21,007 nucleotides of DNA from Candidatus Thorarchaeota archaeon. Its GTDB lineage: Archaea; Asgardarchaeota; Thorarchaeia; Thorarchaeales; Thorarchaeaceae. Shown here piece by piece: positions 7,850-17,206 of this stretch; the first letter of the stretch is position 1; each line of letters starts with the position of its first letter. The stretch spans positions 1-21,007 of the forward strand of contig JAEOUG010000175.1 in the NCBI GenBank assembly GCA_016839445.1, written 5' to 3'. A program made the position numbers and the translations under genes. The notes under the pieces were generated by a model. That model worked only from the letters and a program-made list of their open reading frames with translations. It was not told where the DNA came from and did no database searches.

Positions 7850-8003
7850 AGAGAGGTTCAGTTAGCACAGTATGTAGTGATGGGTCTAAATAGTCAGGCA
7901 AAGGACCTTTGCTTGTTCTCTGGCCGCTTCGCTCCGCGACGTGAACCTCGCCGGCAGTATGTAAGCGGCAGGCACTGAACGAGAATGCTTGGGAGATTCA
8001 CAC

Positions 8004-9440
8004 ATGACTGATTTAGTCCAACAGGCAAGCGAGAGGAATGAACCTGAATTGGTGGAACAAACCGATCCTCTGGACTCCGACCTGTTGGCAGATCCTGCTT
8101 CTTCAGAACATCAGAACCCTAGTGAAACGAGTCTCGCTTCTGCATTGAGGACACTATTCTCTTGGCGGAACTACTCGGTCTACCTCACTACATCTTGGGT
8201 AATATCAGCCTCCAGCTACATTGGCCTGTTTCTCAATCTCTATCTCAGAGAACTGAGTTGGGAGTATGTGACCATAGGACTTCTCCTCTCTGTGGTCAAC
8301 TTCTTCTCCACGATGGGACGGCTCATCGGAGGCTATGTTGGAGACGTGGCAAACAGGAAGCACCTAGCAGTAATCGCAACACTCTGTCTTGCCGTCTACA
8401 ACATCCTGCTTGGGTTGTCAGCATCCTTCACGTTCATCTTTGCAGGCCTTCTCTTCCTCGCTTTGGTCGAGTACTTCAAGGGCGGCTCAACTGCCTACAT
8501 AATGGACAATATTCCCAAAGAGCACGGGGGATTGGGGATATCGCTCTTCTCATCCACAGGAAGAGCAGCCGGAGTGGTCCTTCTGGTTGGCCTCGCTCTT
8601 ATTGTGCCAGTCTTCGGGTTCACTGACAGCATCAGAACGCTCTATCTGGTCAGCGGCATCGCTCTCGTCCTGGCGGGAGTAGTAAGAGGCGTTTTGCTCA
8701 AAGGGGGGCAGACCGGCGGTACCGCGAAGGGAAGGAGCCATCTCAAAGCCATCTTCAACGAAAACAAAAGGACTGCAGGACTGCTTCTCCGTGTGGCACC
8801 TGGACTACTGGCAGTCGTAGTCGTTGACGGGCTTAGTGACTCCATGTTCAGGTTCGGCGCAAACCTGTACATCTACGAGATTGTCGGAATCAGCTACGAA
8901 GGAATCATCATAATGACGCTTGCCACAGCCCTTCTCTCCATCCCGCTCCTCCTGCTTATGGGAAGATCCTCTGACAAGAAGGGTGTTACCAGAGCGGCCC
9001 TCCTAATCTATGGCTTCATGCCCGTCTGCGCCGCCATCTTGGTGTTTGCCCCGGTCTTCTCCTTCTGGGCTCCAGCAGGCGTAGTATCAGCTGCCGACCT
9101 TCTGTATCCTGGACTGGGGGCCATCTTCTCAACTCCCTTCATCGCGGTGGTCATCAAGTCCGTTAACGACTCGCTATGGTATCTGATTCTACTGACGATA
9201 ATCCAGAAGAACCTTCCAGGCAAGGACACAGCCAAGATATTGGGCACCTTCTGGTTTCTGGTCTATCTATCAACATCAATCGGACCATCCATCGCAGGGA
9301 TCTTCTTCCAATACCTCAATCCCCAGCTCCTATTCGTGCTGGTCCTCATTCTCAACGTCGCCATCATGGCAACAATCAGTCGAAAGGGATTGATTAGCGA
9401 GTCTGCAATGCAGCAGATGAATGTCGAGAAGACGTCCTGA
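8004..9440 (+). CDS. MFS transporter
   Basis: About 12 hydrophobic segments; motif-A-like GGYVGDVANRK and GRSSDKKG. ATG 8004 follows GGGAG (track start TTG 7989). Confidence 0.9.
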   Translation: MTDLVQQASERNEPELVEQTDPLDSDLLADPASSEHQNPSETSLASALRTLFSWRNYSVYLTTSWVISASSYIGLFLNLYLRELSWEYVTIGLLLSVVNFFSTMGRLIGGYVGDVANRKHLAVIATLCLAVYNILLGLSASFTFIFAGLLFLALVEYFKGGSTAYIMDNIPKEHGGLGISLFSSTGRAAGVVLLVGLALIVPVFGFTDSIRTLYLVSGIALVLAGVVRGVLLKGGQTGGTAKGRSHLKAIFNENKRTAGLLLRVAPGLLAVVVVDGLSDSMFRFGANLYIYEIVGISYEGIIIMTLATALLSIPLLLLMGRSSDKKGVTRAALLIYGFMPVCAAILVFAPVFSFWAPAGVVSAADLLYPGLGAIFSTPFIAVVIKSVNDSLWYLILLTIIQKNLPGKDTAKILGTFWFLVYLSTSIGPSIAGIFFQYLNPQLLFVLVLILNVAIMATISRKGLISESAMQQMNVEKTS

Positions 9441-9503
9441 GAGCCCCCTGCGTAATAGCAGGCTTGAAGTACAGGTATCTCACTATCCCCCGTGGTGGTT
9501 CGC

Positions 9504-10142
9504 ATGAGTCAGACAGCTGCTGCAGAGGAGATACTGGGCCTTTTGCATGAGGCGTATCCTGACGCTCCCCTGACCTACCTCAACTTCAGTAATCCGTTCG
9601 AGATCCTGGTCGCCACTATTCTCTCTGCTCATACGGCTGACGCCTGTGTCAACACGATCACTGAACCGCTCTTCAAGAAGTACCCCGACCCCAAGTCACT
9701 TGCATCTGCGACCCAAGAAGACATAATCGAGATTATCAGACCATGTGGAACATATAATCGGAAATCGGAGTACATAATGCGAACAGCAAGTGAGATTGTC
9801 GAACGATACGGTGGAAGTGTACCGGACTCGCTTGAGGAGCTGATCACACTTCCTGGGGTGAGCCGCAAGACCGCAAATGTGGTCCTCTCGGTCGCATTCC
9901 AGAAGAACCAAGGTGTAGTAGTTGATACTCATGTGATGCGTGTCACTGTAAGACTTGGCCTAAGTGAACATGACAAGAAGCCGACAAAGATAGAAGACGA
10001 TTTGATGGCGTTGCTGCCTCGCAGCCAATGGGGCGACTATGCAAGACTCGCCGGAGCCCATGGAAGACGGACATGTAAAGCTCGGAGCCCGGAGTGCGGA
10101 AGGTGCAGATTGAACAAGAGATGTCCGTCTGCAGAGCTCTGA
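9504..10142 (+). CDS. nth: Endonuclease III
   Basis: PFEILVATILSA, LPGVSRKTANVVL (catalytic Lys), VDTHV, CKARSPECGRCRLNKRC [4Fe-4S] motif. Alternative GTG start at 9492. Confidence 0.95.
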   Translation: MSQTAAAEEILGLLHEAYPDAPLTYLNFSNPFEILVATILSAHTADACVNTITEPLFKKYPDPKSLASATQEDIIEIIRPCGTYNRKSEYIMRTASEIVERYGGSVPDSLEELITLPGVSRKTANVVLSVAFQKNQGVVVDTHVMRVTVRLGLSEHDKKPTKIEDDLMALLPRSQWGDYARLAGAHGRRTCKARSPECGRCRLNKRCPSAEL

Positions 10143-10199
10143 GGCAGCGAAACACGTTAAAGGAACTCAACGACGACGCAACACAAACTGGGATGTAAT

Positions 10200-11300
10200 A
10201 TGCGGATTGGGATGGTGAGCAAGTTCGGGGCCCCTGACGGGCTCTGCGTACGGTCAGGCGAGGTCCTAAAGGGCCTGGTCAGGCGAGGACATGACGTCCA
10301 TGCCTTCACTCAGTCCAAGTCAGTGGATGGTCTGCCGGAGGAGCGCATCCACAGGTTCAGAGCCGTGCAGCTGAATCCTCATTTCTCACTTGACTCGCTG
10401 AGCGCCTCAAACATGATCGCAAGGTTGTGCAAGGAGTTGGATATCGACGTCTTGCACATCCAGATGAACTCTGGAAGCACCGAGTTCTTCCTTCCTTACT
10501 TCAAGAAGTCACTGCCTCCTCTGGTTGTGACCTACCATCTAGCATATGCCGCTGGCGATTCTCTATATACAACTCTTTTCGGAATCGCCTGGAAAGCGTC
10601 GATATTCGCGGCCAAGAAGTATGACCATGTCATTCTGGTGGATCCCTCGCAGAAACCGTACTTTACCCAATATGGAATAACAGGCGAGCGAACCACGGTC
10701 ATAAGAAACGGAGTCAATACGGAGTTGTTCCAACCTCCTCGAACCAAGCTTCATGATGATGGAGTCATTGATTTCGTCTACGTTGGTCGACTCAGTCTAG
10801 ACAAGGGGGTCAACATCCTTCTTGATGCCTTCAAGGAGTACCATCTTCGGAACCCTAGCTCTAGGCTCACACTGATAGGGGATGGCATGATGAAGTTCCA
10901 ATTGGAGGGATGTGTGGAAGACGACTCGCTTCGCTGGCTCGGGCCAATGCAGCACGCAGACATTGCCTCCGTTCTGCAGAAGATGGACGTCTTTGTGATT
11001 CCTCAGAATATTGGAGGACTGGGCTTGAGTGTCCTTGAAGCAATGAGTTGTGGCCTTCCAGTTGTGACCACTGGCATCGGCGAGACCCTCCGTCTGCTCA
11101 GTGACAAGGAGGGAATCCTTGTGAGACCGCAGAATGTCAGAGAAGTAGTGGAGGCCATGACCTTGCTCGCTGATGACCACAAGCTCCGACGAGCAATGGG
11201 CGAGAGCTGCAGGAAGAAAGTGGTGAAGGATTACTCTTGGAGTTCACAGCTAGAGAGCATTGAAGGAGTCTACCGCAGAGTCATCGAGCAGGCCAGATAG
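10200..11300 (+). CDS. Glycosyltransferase family 4 (GT-B)
   Basis: GHDVHAFT, VIRNGV, YVGRL...KG, GLGLSVLEAMSCGLPVV. Confidence 0.92.
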   Translation: MRIGMVSKFGAPDGLCVRSGEVLKGLVRRGHDVHAFTQSKSVDGLPEERIHRFRAVQLNPHFSLDSLSASNMIARLCKELDIDVLHIQMNSGSTEFFLPYFKKSLPPLVVTYHLAYAAGDSLYTTLFGIAWKASIFAAKKYDHVILVDPSQKPYFTQYGITGERTTVIRNGVNTELFQPPRTKLHDDGVIDFVYVGRLSLDKGVNILLDAFKEYHLRNPSSRLTLIGDGMMKFQLEGCVEDDSLRWLGPMQHADIASVLQKMDVFVIPQNIGGLGLSVLEAMSCGLPVVTTGIGETLRLLSDKEGILVRPQNVREVVEAMTLLADDHKLRRAMGESCRKKVVKDYSWSSQLESIEGVYRRVIEQAR

Positions 11301-11367
11301 CCTCTGGCTACAGGAAACGACTTATCTGGATGGTGACTGTCCAAGCAGCAGACAGTGGTGAGACTGC

Positions 11368-12663
11368 ATGCTTCACATCCGGTTCATCAGGGAGAATCCT
11401 GACATCATCAGAAGCGACCTCAAGAAGAGAAGAAACGATGAGAAGCTTAGGGAGTTTGAAGAGCTTCTAAGGATAGATGAAGAGGTCAGATCCCTGAAGA
11501 GGAAGATTCAGGATCTTCGAACCCAGCGAAACAGACTCTCCAAAGAGATTGGCAAGCTGAAGAAGGCCGGAGAGGAGGACTCGAAGCTTGTTCGCCAAGT
11601 CAATAAGGTGAACAAGGAAATAGCAGCGCTAGAGGCGGAGAGCCAAGACCTTGAGGGAAGACTACAGACTATCCAGATGAGCATTCCCAACACTCTCCAT
11701 GAGAGTGTGCCGTATGGGACCGATGAGGAAGACAATGTGACGGTTAGGGAATGGGGAGGTCGACCTGAGCATGACTTCGAGATAAAGAGCCATGTCGACC
11801 TACTAGACTCGCTGGACATAGCTGATATTCCAAGAGCCGCGAAGGTCGCCGGCTCCAGATTCTTCTATCTGAAGAACGAGCTTGTCGTGCTAGACATGGC
11901 TATGCAGCACATGGCACTCGACATGCTTGTCAAGAAGGGATTCACAGCCGTCTACCCGCCCTTCATGATGCGCCGCGAGCCATACGAGGGCGTTGTAGAC
12001 CTGAGGGACTTCGAGGATGTTATGTACAAGATAGAGGGAGAGAACCTGTATCTAATAGCCACATCCGAACATCCTATGGCCGCAATGTACATGGACGAGA
12101 TCTTCGAACCCGCGGACCTGCCAATCAAGTTCGCAGGGGTGAGCACTTGTTTCAGAAAGGAGGCTGGAACTCATGGTAAGGACACCAAGGGGATCTTCAG
12201 AGTACACCAGTTCATGAAGGTGGAGCAGTTCGTCTTCAGTCACCCAGACGAGTCCTGGAACATCCATGAAGAGATTCTCAGGAACGAGGAGGAGTTCATC
12301 CAGAAACTGGGGCTGCCCTATCGGATTGTCAACGTCTGCACGGGTGATATCGGAACCGTAGCTGCAAAGAAGTATGATCTTGAGTTCTGGTTCCCAGGAC
12401 AACAGCTGTATCGGGAGGGAGGCTCCTGCAGCAACTGCACTTCCTATCAAGCAACACGACTCAACGTCAAGTATCGTATTGAGAAGGGCGGTGTCGACAA
12501 GGACTACGTGCACACTCTCAATAGCACGATGGTAGCTAATCCAAGAGCAATGGTTGCTCTGCTTGAAAACTACCAACAGGAGGATGGGACAGTGAAGCTG
12601 CCGCAGGCACTTCACAAGTACCTTCCATCTGGGCTCAGAGAGATAGTGCCGAAGAAGCAGTGA
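11368..12663 (+). CDS. serS: Serine--tRNA ligase (standard type)
   Basis: N-terminal coiled coil, LIATSEH, motif 2 FRKEAG...GIFRVHQF.KVEQF, SCSNCT.YQ, HTLNST. Confidence 0.98.
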   Translation: MLHIRFIRENPDIIRSDLKKRRNDEKLREFEELLRIDEEVRSLKRKIQDLRTQRNRLSKEIGKLKKAGEEDSKLVRQVNKVNKEIAALEAESQDLEGRLQTIQMSIPNTLHESVPYGTDEEDNVTVREWGGRPEHDFEIKSHVDLLDSLDIADIPRAAKVAGSRFFYLKNELVVLDMAMQHMALDMLVKKGFTAVYPPFMMRREPYEGVVDLRDFEDVMYKIEGENLYLIATSEHPMAAMYMDEIFEPADLPIKFAGVSTCFRKEAGTHGKDTKGIFRVHQFMKVEQFVFSHPDESWNIHEEILRNEEEFIQKLGLPYRIVNVCTGDIGTVAAKKYDLEFWFPGQQLYREGGSCSNCTSYQATRLNVKYRIEKGGVDKDYVHTLNSTMVANPRAMVALLENYQQEDGTVKLPQALHKYLPSGLREIVPKKQ

Positions 12664-12668
12664 GACCC

Positions 12669-13898
12669 CTACATTCCGCCTTCTAGACTCATTCGAATAG
12701 CTTCATCGATGGATGCCTGCAGGGCCGGAGGCAGGTCTGGCACCTTGAGCTTGACGAAGCCCCTGATGATGAGGGATGTCGCCTCTTCTTCATTCAGACC
12801 CCGGCTCATGAGATAGCTGAGCTGCTCAGCTCCGACTTTGCCCACTGTTGCCTCATGACTTAATTCAGCACCTTCTGCTCGAGCATTCAGCATGGGGACT
12901 GCCCGTATTGAAGCTCTGCCACTGATCAGCAATCCATCGCATTCCAAGCGAGCCTTAGTTTCACCAGAGAGACCCACAAGATCACCCCGGGCTATGATCT
13001 CGCAGCTGTCATTTGCTATGGCACGTGATACCACTTTGCCCTGAGTCTTCGGTGCCTCAAGGCTCAGAAGACCGCCGATATCGTACTTGGAGCTATTGCT
13101 ACCGTTCACAACAGAATAGAGGTCAGCCTTCGCACCTACGCCTACAAGCCGAACCTTCGGGAAGGTCTGGATTGACTTCAAAGGACTAAGAATAGCGTAG
13201 CTTGAGATGTAGGTTCCACCGTCTTCTACGATAGTAGCTGATCTTGGCCTGACACTTGTATTCTCGCTCCACCTGTGAACCATTGTGAAAGTCAGTCGTG
13301 CGCGCTTCTTGACGAAGAACTCAGAGATTCCGAGATGGAGGGATTTCTCGACAGAAGAAGGTGTGGCGCACCCAGTGATTACGTGAAGCTCTGAGCCTTC
13401 TTCAGCAATGACGATGTTGTGGACATTCTGGACTGACTGATTCTTCTTCATGATCAGACAGCTTTGTACTGGCATCTCGATGCGCGCCCCAGGCTCCGCA
13501 CGAATGAAGTAGCCGTTGTACTTCTCAAGTTCACTCCTGGCCGTGTACTTATCTGCATCCACAGGGACAGCGCTCCAGATCAGACTCTTCACGAAATCGT
13601 ACTTCCGGAGTGCTTCAGTAATCGGAAGAACCTCGAGACCTTCCTGTGACATGAGAACGTCAGCCAGAATGCTCTCATTGTCGAACTGCATGAATGACCC
13701 CGATGTGGTCCTTCCAGATGGATCGAATCCAACGTTCCGTACTAGGTCCCTATCGCTCTCAGACACTTCGTCGAGCGACTCCATGGTACTGGGGCCGGCC
13801 TCGTCATACTCAAAGACCTCCAAATCTATGTCTTCTCCGTATTCGGCCTTCTTCTCCTTTGAGGACGATGCGCGAGTCCTGATATCCTTCTTTGTCAC
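12669..13898 (-). CDS. sufB: SufB/SufD-family Fe-S scaffold (archaeal SmsB-like)
   Basis: QNVHN, ITGC, HLGISEF, VRPR, LECDGLL, ELSHEATVGK, YLMSRGLNEEEA...IIRGF. Confidence 0.93.
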   Translation of the reverse strand: MTKKDIRTRASSSKEKKAEYGEDIDLEVFEYDEAGPSTMESLDEVSESDRDLVRNVGFDPSGRTTSGSFMQFDNESILADVLMSQEGLEVLPITEALRKYDFVKSLIWSAVPVDADKYTARSELEKYNGYFIRAEPGARIEMPVQSCLIMKKNQSVQNVHNIVIAEEGSELHVITGCATPSSVEKSLHLGISEFFVKKRARLTFTMVHRWSENTSVRPRSATIVEDGGTYISSYAILSPLKSIQTFPKVRLVGVGAKADLYSVVNGSNSSKYDIGGLLSLEAPKTQGKVVSRAIANDSCEIIARGDLVGLSGETKARLECDGLLISGRASIRAVPMLNARAEGAELSHEATVGKVGAEQLSYLMSRGLNEEEATSLIIRGFVKLKVPDLPPALQASIDEAIRMSLEGGM

Positions 13899-13917
13899 AA
13901 GACCACCCCCGGGGATG

Positions 13918-14688
13918 CTATCGCATTACCTCCGCCAGGAATCGTTCGTATCCCTTCTTCTCAAGGACAGGGATGTCATCCATGTCGCCCGTGTACACCA
14001 CTCTCCCGTTCTGGAGAATGAAGACCTTGTCAACTTCCAAGAACTCCAGCACGTACCTGTGATGACTTATGATGACCATTGTGACCTCCTTCTTCTCCCT
14101 GATTGACTTCAGTTCCCGGCCCACTGTCTTCAATGAGTCATAGTCAAGACCACTGTCCGGTTCGTCTAGAAACATGATACGGGGCCGCATTGATAGAACC
14201 TGGAAAAGCTCACTTCGCTTGGATTCGCCACCTGAGAATCCATCATTGAGGTCACGCTGAGCTAGATTCTTTATCCCAAGTCTGTCGAAGTCCTCGTACA
14301 GCTCGTCCTTGCACGAACACATTGCCCCCATGAAGTGCTCAGAGTCTGTCTTGCATTGGTAGTCCGGACAGATGCGACATATGAAGTCCTCGAGCTTGAC
14401 CCCTTGGATTGCCGGAGGCGTTTGAAAGGCGTACGAGATGCCTAGCTGAGCTCTCTCTGTGATGGACTTGCCAAGGATTGACTTCCCCTCGAAGAGGATG
14501 TCCCCGCCAGTCACCCTATACTCAGGCAGGCCCATCACTGTCTTGGCAAGTGTAGACTTGCCGGAGGCATTGGGACCTAGGACTGCGTACACCATGCCTT
14601 GTTCAAACTCTATGTCGATGCCGCTGAGTATTGGAATACCATTCACTTCCACCCTCAGATCATGAGTGGCCAGCAAGGTCGAGGTCAT
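13918..14688 (-). CDS. sufC: SufC/SmsC ABC ATPase with a Cys-rich insertion
   Basis: Walker A GPNASGKST, GFSGGE signature, FLDEPDSGLD. Directly upstream of sufB. Confidence 0.93.
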   Translation of the reverse strand: MTSTLLATHDLRVEVNGIPILSGIDIEFEQGMVYAVLGPNASGKSTLAKTVMGLPEYRVTGGDILFEGKSILGKSITERAQLGISYAFQTPPAIQGVKLEDFICRICPDYQCKTDSEHFMGAMCSCKDELYEDFDRLGIKNLAQRDLNDGFSGGESKRSELFQVLSMRPRIMFLDEPDSGLDYDSLKTVGRELKSIREKKEVTMVIISHHRYVLEFLEVDKVFILQNGRVVYTGDMDDIPVLEKKGYERFLAEVMR

Positions 14689-14710
14689 ATCACTATCCTC
14701 CAGCCAATCC

Positions 14711-15178
14711 TCACACTTCTATATTACTCTCTGTAATGGTCTGAGTAATCGTATGTAGAACCCTCGCCGAACTCCACCTCACGTACTCATCGCAGAGGTC
14801 ACCAGTAGGCTTCATCGGGCGCTCTACACCAGCCTGAGGTATCTCGCCCTTGTCCATGGCTCGTAGACTCCTGCAGTCAACGGCACCCCAAGCATCCTGA
14901 AAATCGCGAAGGAGTGTCTTGACTTGAGCTCTTGCCCTTTCGCGCTTCTCTTTGAAGCGCTCTGTCGCTTCGTCACCATCAGTCCCAAACTGCAGGCCAA
15001 GGCAGATCACACTCCCACTGACAGCTCCGCAGACCTCGCCGCATCCAGCGATGCCTCCGCCTAGAACCGATGCAATTCTCATATGACTGGAATCAAATCC
15101 AATCAGAGCCGTGCCTTCATCGACCTGCAAGATCACGCTTTCTGCGCAGTTGAACGAGAGACCGTTACGCTTCTCCAT
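14711..15178 (-). CDS. C_GCAxxG_C_C family putative redox protein
   Basis: FNCAES, GGGIAGCGEVCGAVSG, VDCRSL, LCDEYV pattern. Confidence 0.88.
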   Translation of the reverse strand: MEKRNGLSFNCAESVILQVDEGTALIGFDSSHMRIASVLGGGIAGCGEVCGAVSGSVICLGLQFGTDGDEATERFKEKRERARAQVKTLLRDFQDAWGAVDCRSLRAMDKGEIPQAGVERPMKPTGDLCDEYVRWSSARVLHTITQTITESNIEV

Positions 15179-15305
15179 ACTGGGTCGCCGAAAGGCGGTG
15201 CAGTCCCTGACAAAAAGGTTCGCGTTGCGACAAAGGGTCTCAGGAAACCTATTCTATCATCATGCTTAAAACGGGCATGCGTAATCCGCACATCGGGTTG
15301 TACCA

Positions 15306-15776
15306 TTGACTTCAGTCCAACAGACTTTCGAGCAACTGGTTTCCCTCGCAATACAGAGGGAGGAAGAGGCATACAACTTCTACATGACACACGCAGAAGA
15401 GGCAGAGTTCTCCTCTTCTACAAAGCTGCTGAAGGATCTCGCCAAGCAGGAAGAAGGGCACAAGGCGAAACTTGAGGCAGCCCTTAAGCAGGGTGTCTGC
15501 ACGACCTTTTCGTGCGATACGGTAGAAGAGATTGAGAAGATGGACCTATCTCAGTATCTAGTTGACGTGCCACTGGCACCATCATCTAGTCCTCAGGATA
15601 TCCTGATCGTTGCCATCAAGAGAGAACAGGGAGCCGAGAGCTTCTACAAGGCACTCTCTGAACTGACAACGAGTGGACCACACAGAGCCGTCTTCGAGAC
15701 CCTCGCCAAGGAAGAAGAAGGCCACAAGACTCGTCTGCAGAACATGTATGACGATATTTTCCAGCCGGATATGTAA
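15306..15776 (+). CDS. Ferritin-like / rubrerythrin-domain di-iron protein
   Basis: Two repeats AI.RE..A..FY ... LAK.EEGH (ExxH). TTG start. Confidence 0.88.
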   Translation: MTSVQQTFEQLVSLAIQREEEAYNFYMTHAEEAEFSSSTKLLKDLAKQEEGHKAKLEAALKQGVCTTFSCDTVEEIEKMDLSQYLVDVPLAPSSSPQDILIVAIKREQGAESFYKALSELTTSGPHRAVFETLAKEEEGHKTRLQNMYDDIFQPDM

Positions 15777-15781
15777 TCGTT

Positions 15782-15797
15782 GGGGCCTTTCGGCCCC
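15782..15797. terminator. Stem-loop between convergent genes
   Basis: GGGGCC-TTTC-GGCCCC (GAAA loop on the minus strand), followed by pyrimidine-rich CTCCTTTCTCT on +. Confidence 0.65.
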
Positions 15798-15825
15798 CAT
15801 ACTCCTTTCTCTAGTGTATCTGCCT

Positions 15826-17109
15826 TCACTTCGTTCTATGCAGGTTTCTTGCCGCAATGAAGGTGAGGCCTCGCTTAGTCAGCTCCTGTGCTGTAACATT
15901 AAGTGAATGGTGCTTGTCCAAGTAGTTCTGTAGCATCTTGGGCATATCGCCCTTCTCGACAATCTCGCTCTTTGGTCGGAAGTAGTCCAAGATGTCGCTT
16001 GGATACTCGCGCGTAGCATCAATCTCAGGAATGGCACCTTCGTGCTTGGCGCTGATATTCTTCACATGGTCAGCAAGATCCAGAAGGTCGGGAAGCCTAT
16101 TGTACGGCTGCCGCACGATGTGTTTGTAGGTCTCAGTTATGTGATGCTCGATTCGGACTACGTCCTCAAACCCAAACGCCTCCCGAACATGTGCCGAGAG
16201 CTCGATAGTTTCCTTGTTTACACTGTTTGACAGATTGAAACCAATCAGCGGGCTTGTTCCGTCGTCTCTGCTGAAGAGCTTGGCCGTCATGAGTGTCCAG
16301 AGACAGGCATAGGGATTGTCATTCCCCATGAAAACGGATATCTTGAACTCCATGTCAATTCCTAGCTTGTGCATCATGTAGCCCAAGAGAACACTCCCCG
16401 GGTTTATGTTCAAGACCTGTTTGACTCCGTACTTCGTGTAGTAGCGGAGATACTCATCTGCCCACTTCAGAGGAAACTCGTTCGGCATCCCCACTCCACC
16501 GAAATAGCCCGTTATGGTATCGGGACCGCCGAGATGCACATTGACAGGGGCTCCATCGGGTCCTGGGAAAGTGCCCTTGGTATCCAGGGTCTCTACATAG
16601 GAGGCACCCACTACCTGCATCGCAGCAGCGAAGGCGATAACATCATTATCTGCAGTCTGCTCTGCCATGTTCCGTACTCGAATGAAGCGTCCGGGCATTA
16701 GCTCCTTCTTCGCAATGGCTTGCTTGGTTTCTTCAATGAGCCATGGGAAGTACTGCGCTGCACTAATCTCGAGAGTGACGGCGAAGCTGTCGTCAAATTC
16801 CTTCAAGTCAGCCTCAGGACCAAGAATGCTTCGTCTGTAATCAGGAATCGAAATGAAAGCATCATTCTCGAGCTGCCTCTCCAGCCACTCGATGTCCTTG
16901 ACATAGGGGGACTTCTTGGACTCAAGCTGGGCAACGAGATTCTCAAGCCTCCGAGCCTCTTCGGCCTTCTTGTTGATCTCGGCAACTCCGCCATGCTTCT
17001 CTATGACCTCTAGGAGATCAGCTACCAGCGGGTTGTCCTCGTCCATCAGGAATGAGTTGATTTCATTCAGGCTTGCTTCACTTATTCTCAGCTTCTTTCG
17101 ATCTGTCAT
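15826..17109 (-). CDS. Hypothetical soluble protein, 427 aa, enzyme-like
   Basis: Long ORF with motif-like blocks (ETLDTKG, NVHLGGPDTITGYFGG, RIEHH, KHEG). No function recognised. Confidence 0.85.
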   Translation of the reverse strand: MTDRKKLRISEASLNEINSFLMDEDNPLVADLLEVIEKHGGVAEINKKAEEARRLENLVAQLESKKSPYVKDIEWLERQLENDAFISIPDYRRSILGPEADLKEFDDSFAVTLEISAAQYFPWLIEETKQAIAKKELMPGRFIRVRNMAEQTADNDVIAFAAAMQVVGASYVETLDTKGTFPGPDGAPVNVHLGGPDTITGYFGGVGMPNEFPLKWADEYLRYYTKYGVKQVLNINPGSVLLGYMMHKLGIDMEFKISVFMGNDNPYACLWTLMTAKLFSRDDGTSPLIGFNLSNSVNKETIELSAHVREAFGFEDVVRIEHHITETYKHIVRQPYNRLPDLLDLADHVKNISAKHEGAIPEIDATREYPSDILDYFRPKSEIVEKGDMPKMLQNYLDKHHSLNVTAQELTKRGLTFIAARNLHRTK

Positions 17110-17206
17110 CTCGGGCTCTTCCGTCAGTTCAGAGGTGCCCCTGAGGGCCGCCGTTCTAATAGGCTACGCCTAAATAATCATTCTGGACCGTTCTTCTTCC
17201 CAATCA

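Noticed and set aside
7809-7978. C box ATGATGA with a distant CTGA as a C/D sRNA, or a SECIS
   Set aside because: Spacing is too long for an archaeal C/D guide and the stem is too short for a SECIS.
13516-14106. 196-aa plus-strand ORF and similar long shadow ORFs elsewhere
   Set aside because: Antisense shadows of well-supported genes (sufB/sufC, serS and others).
15430-15730. Nucleotide repeat GCCAAG.A.GAAGAAGG.CACAAG in the ferritin-like gene
   Set aside because: Explained by the normal internal duplication of the two ExxH helix pairs.
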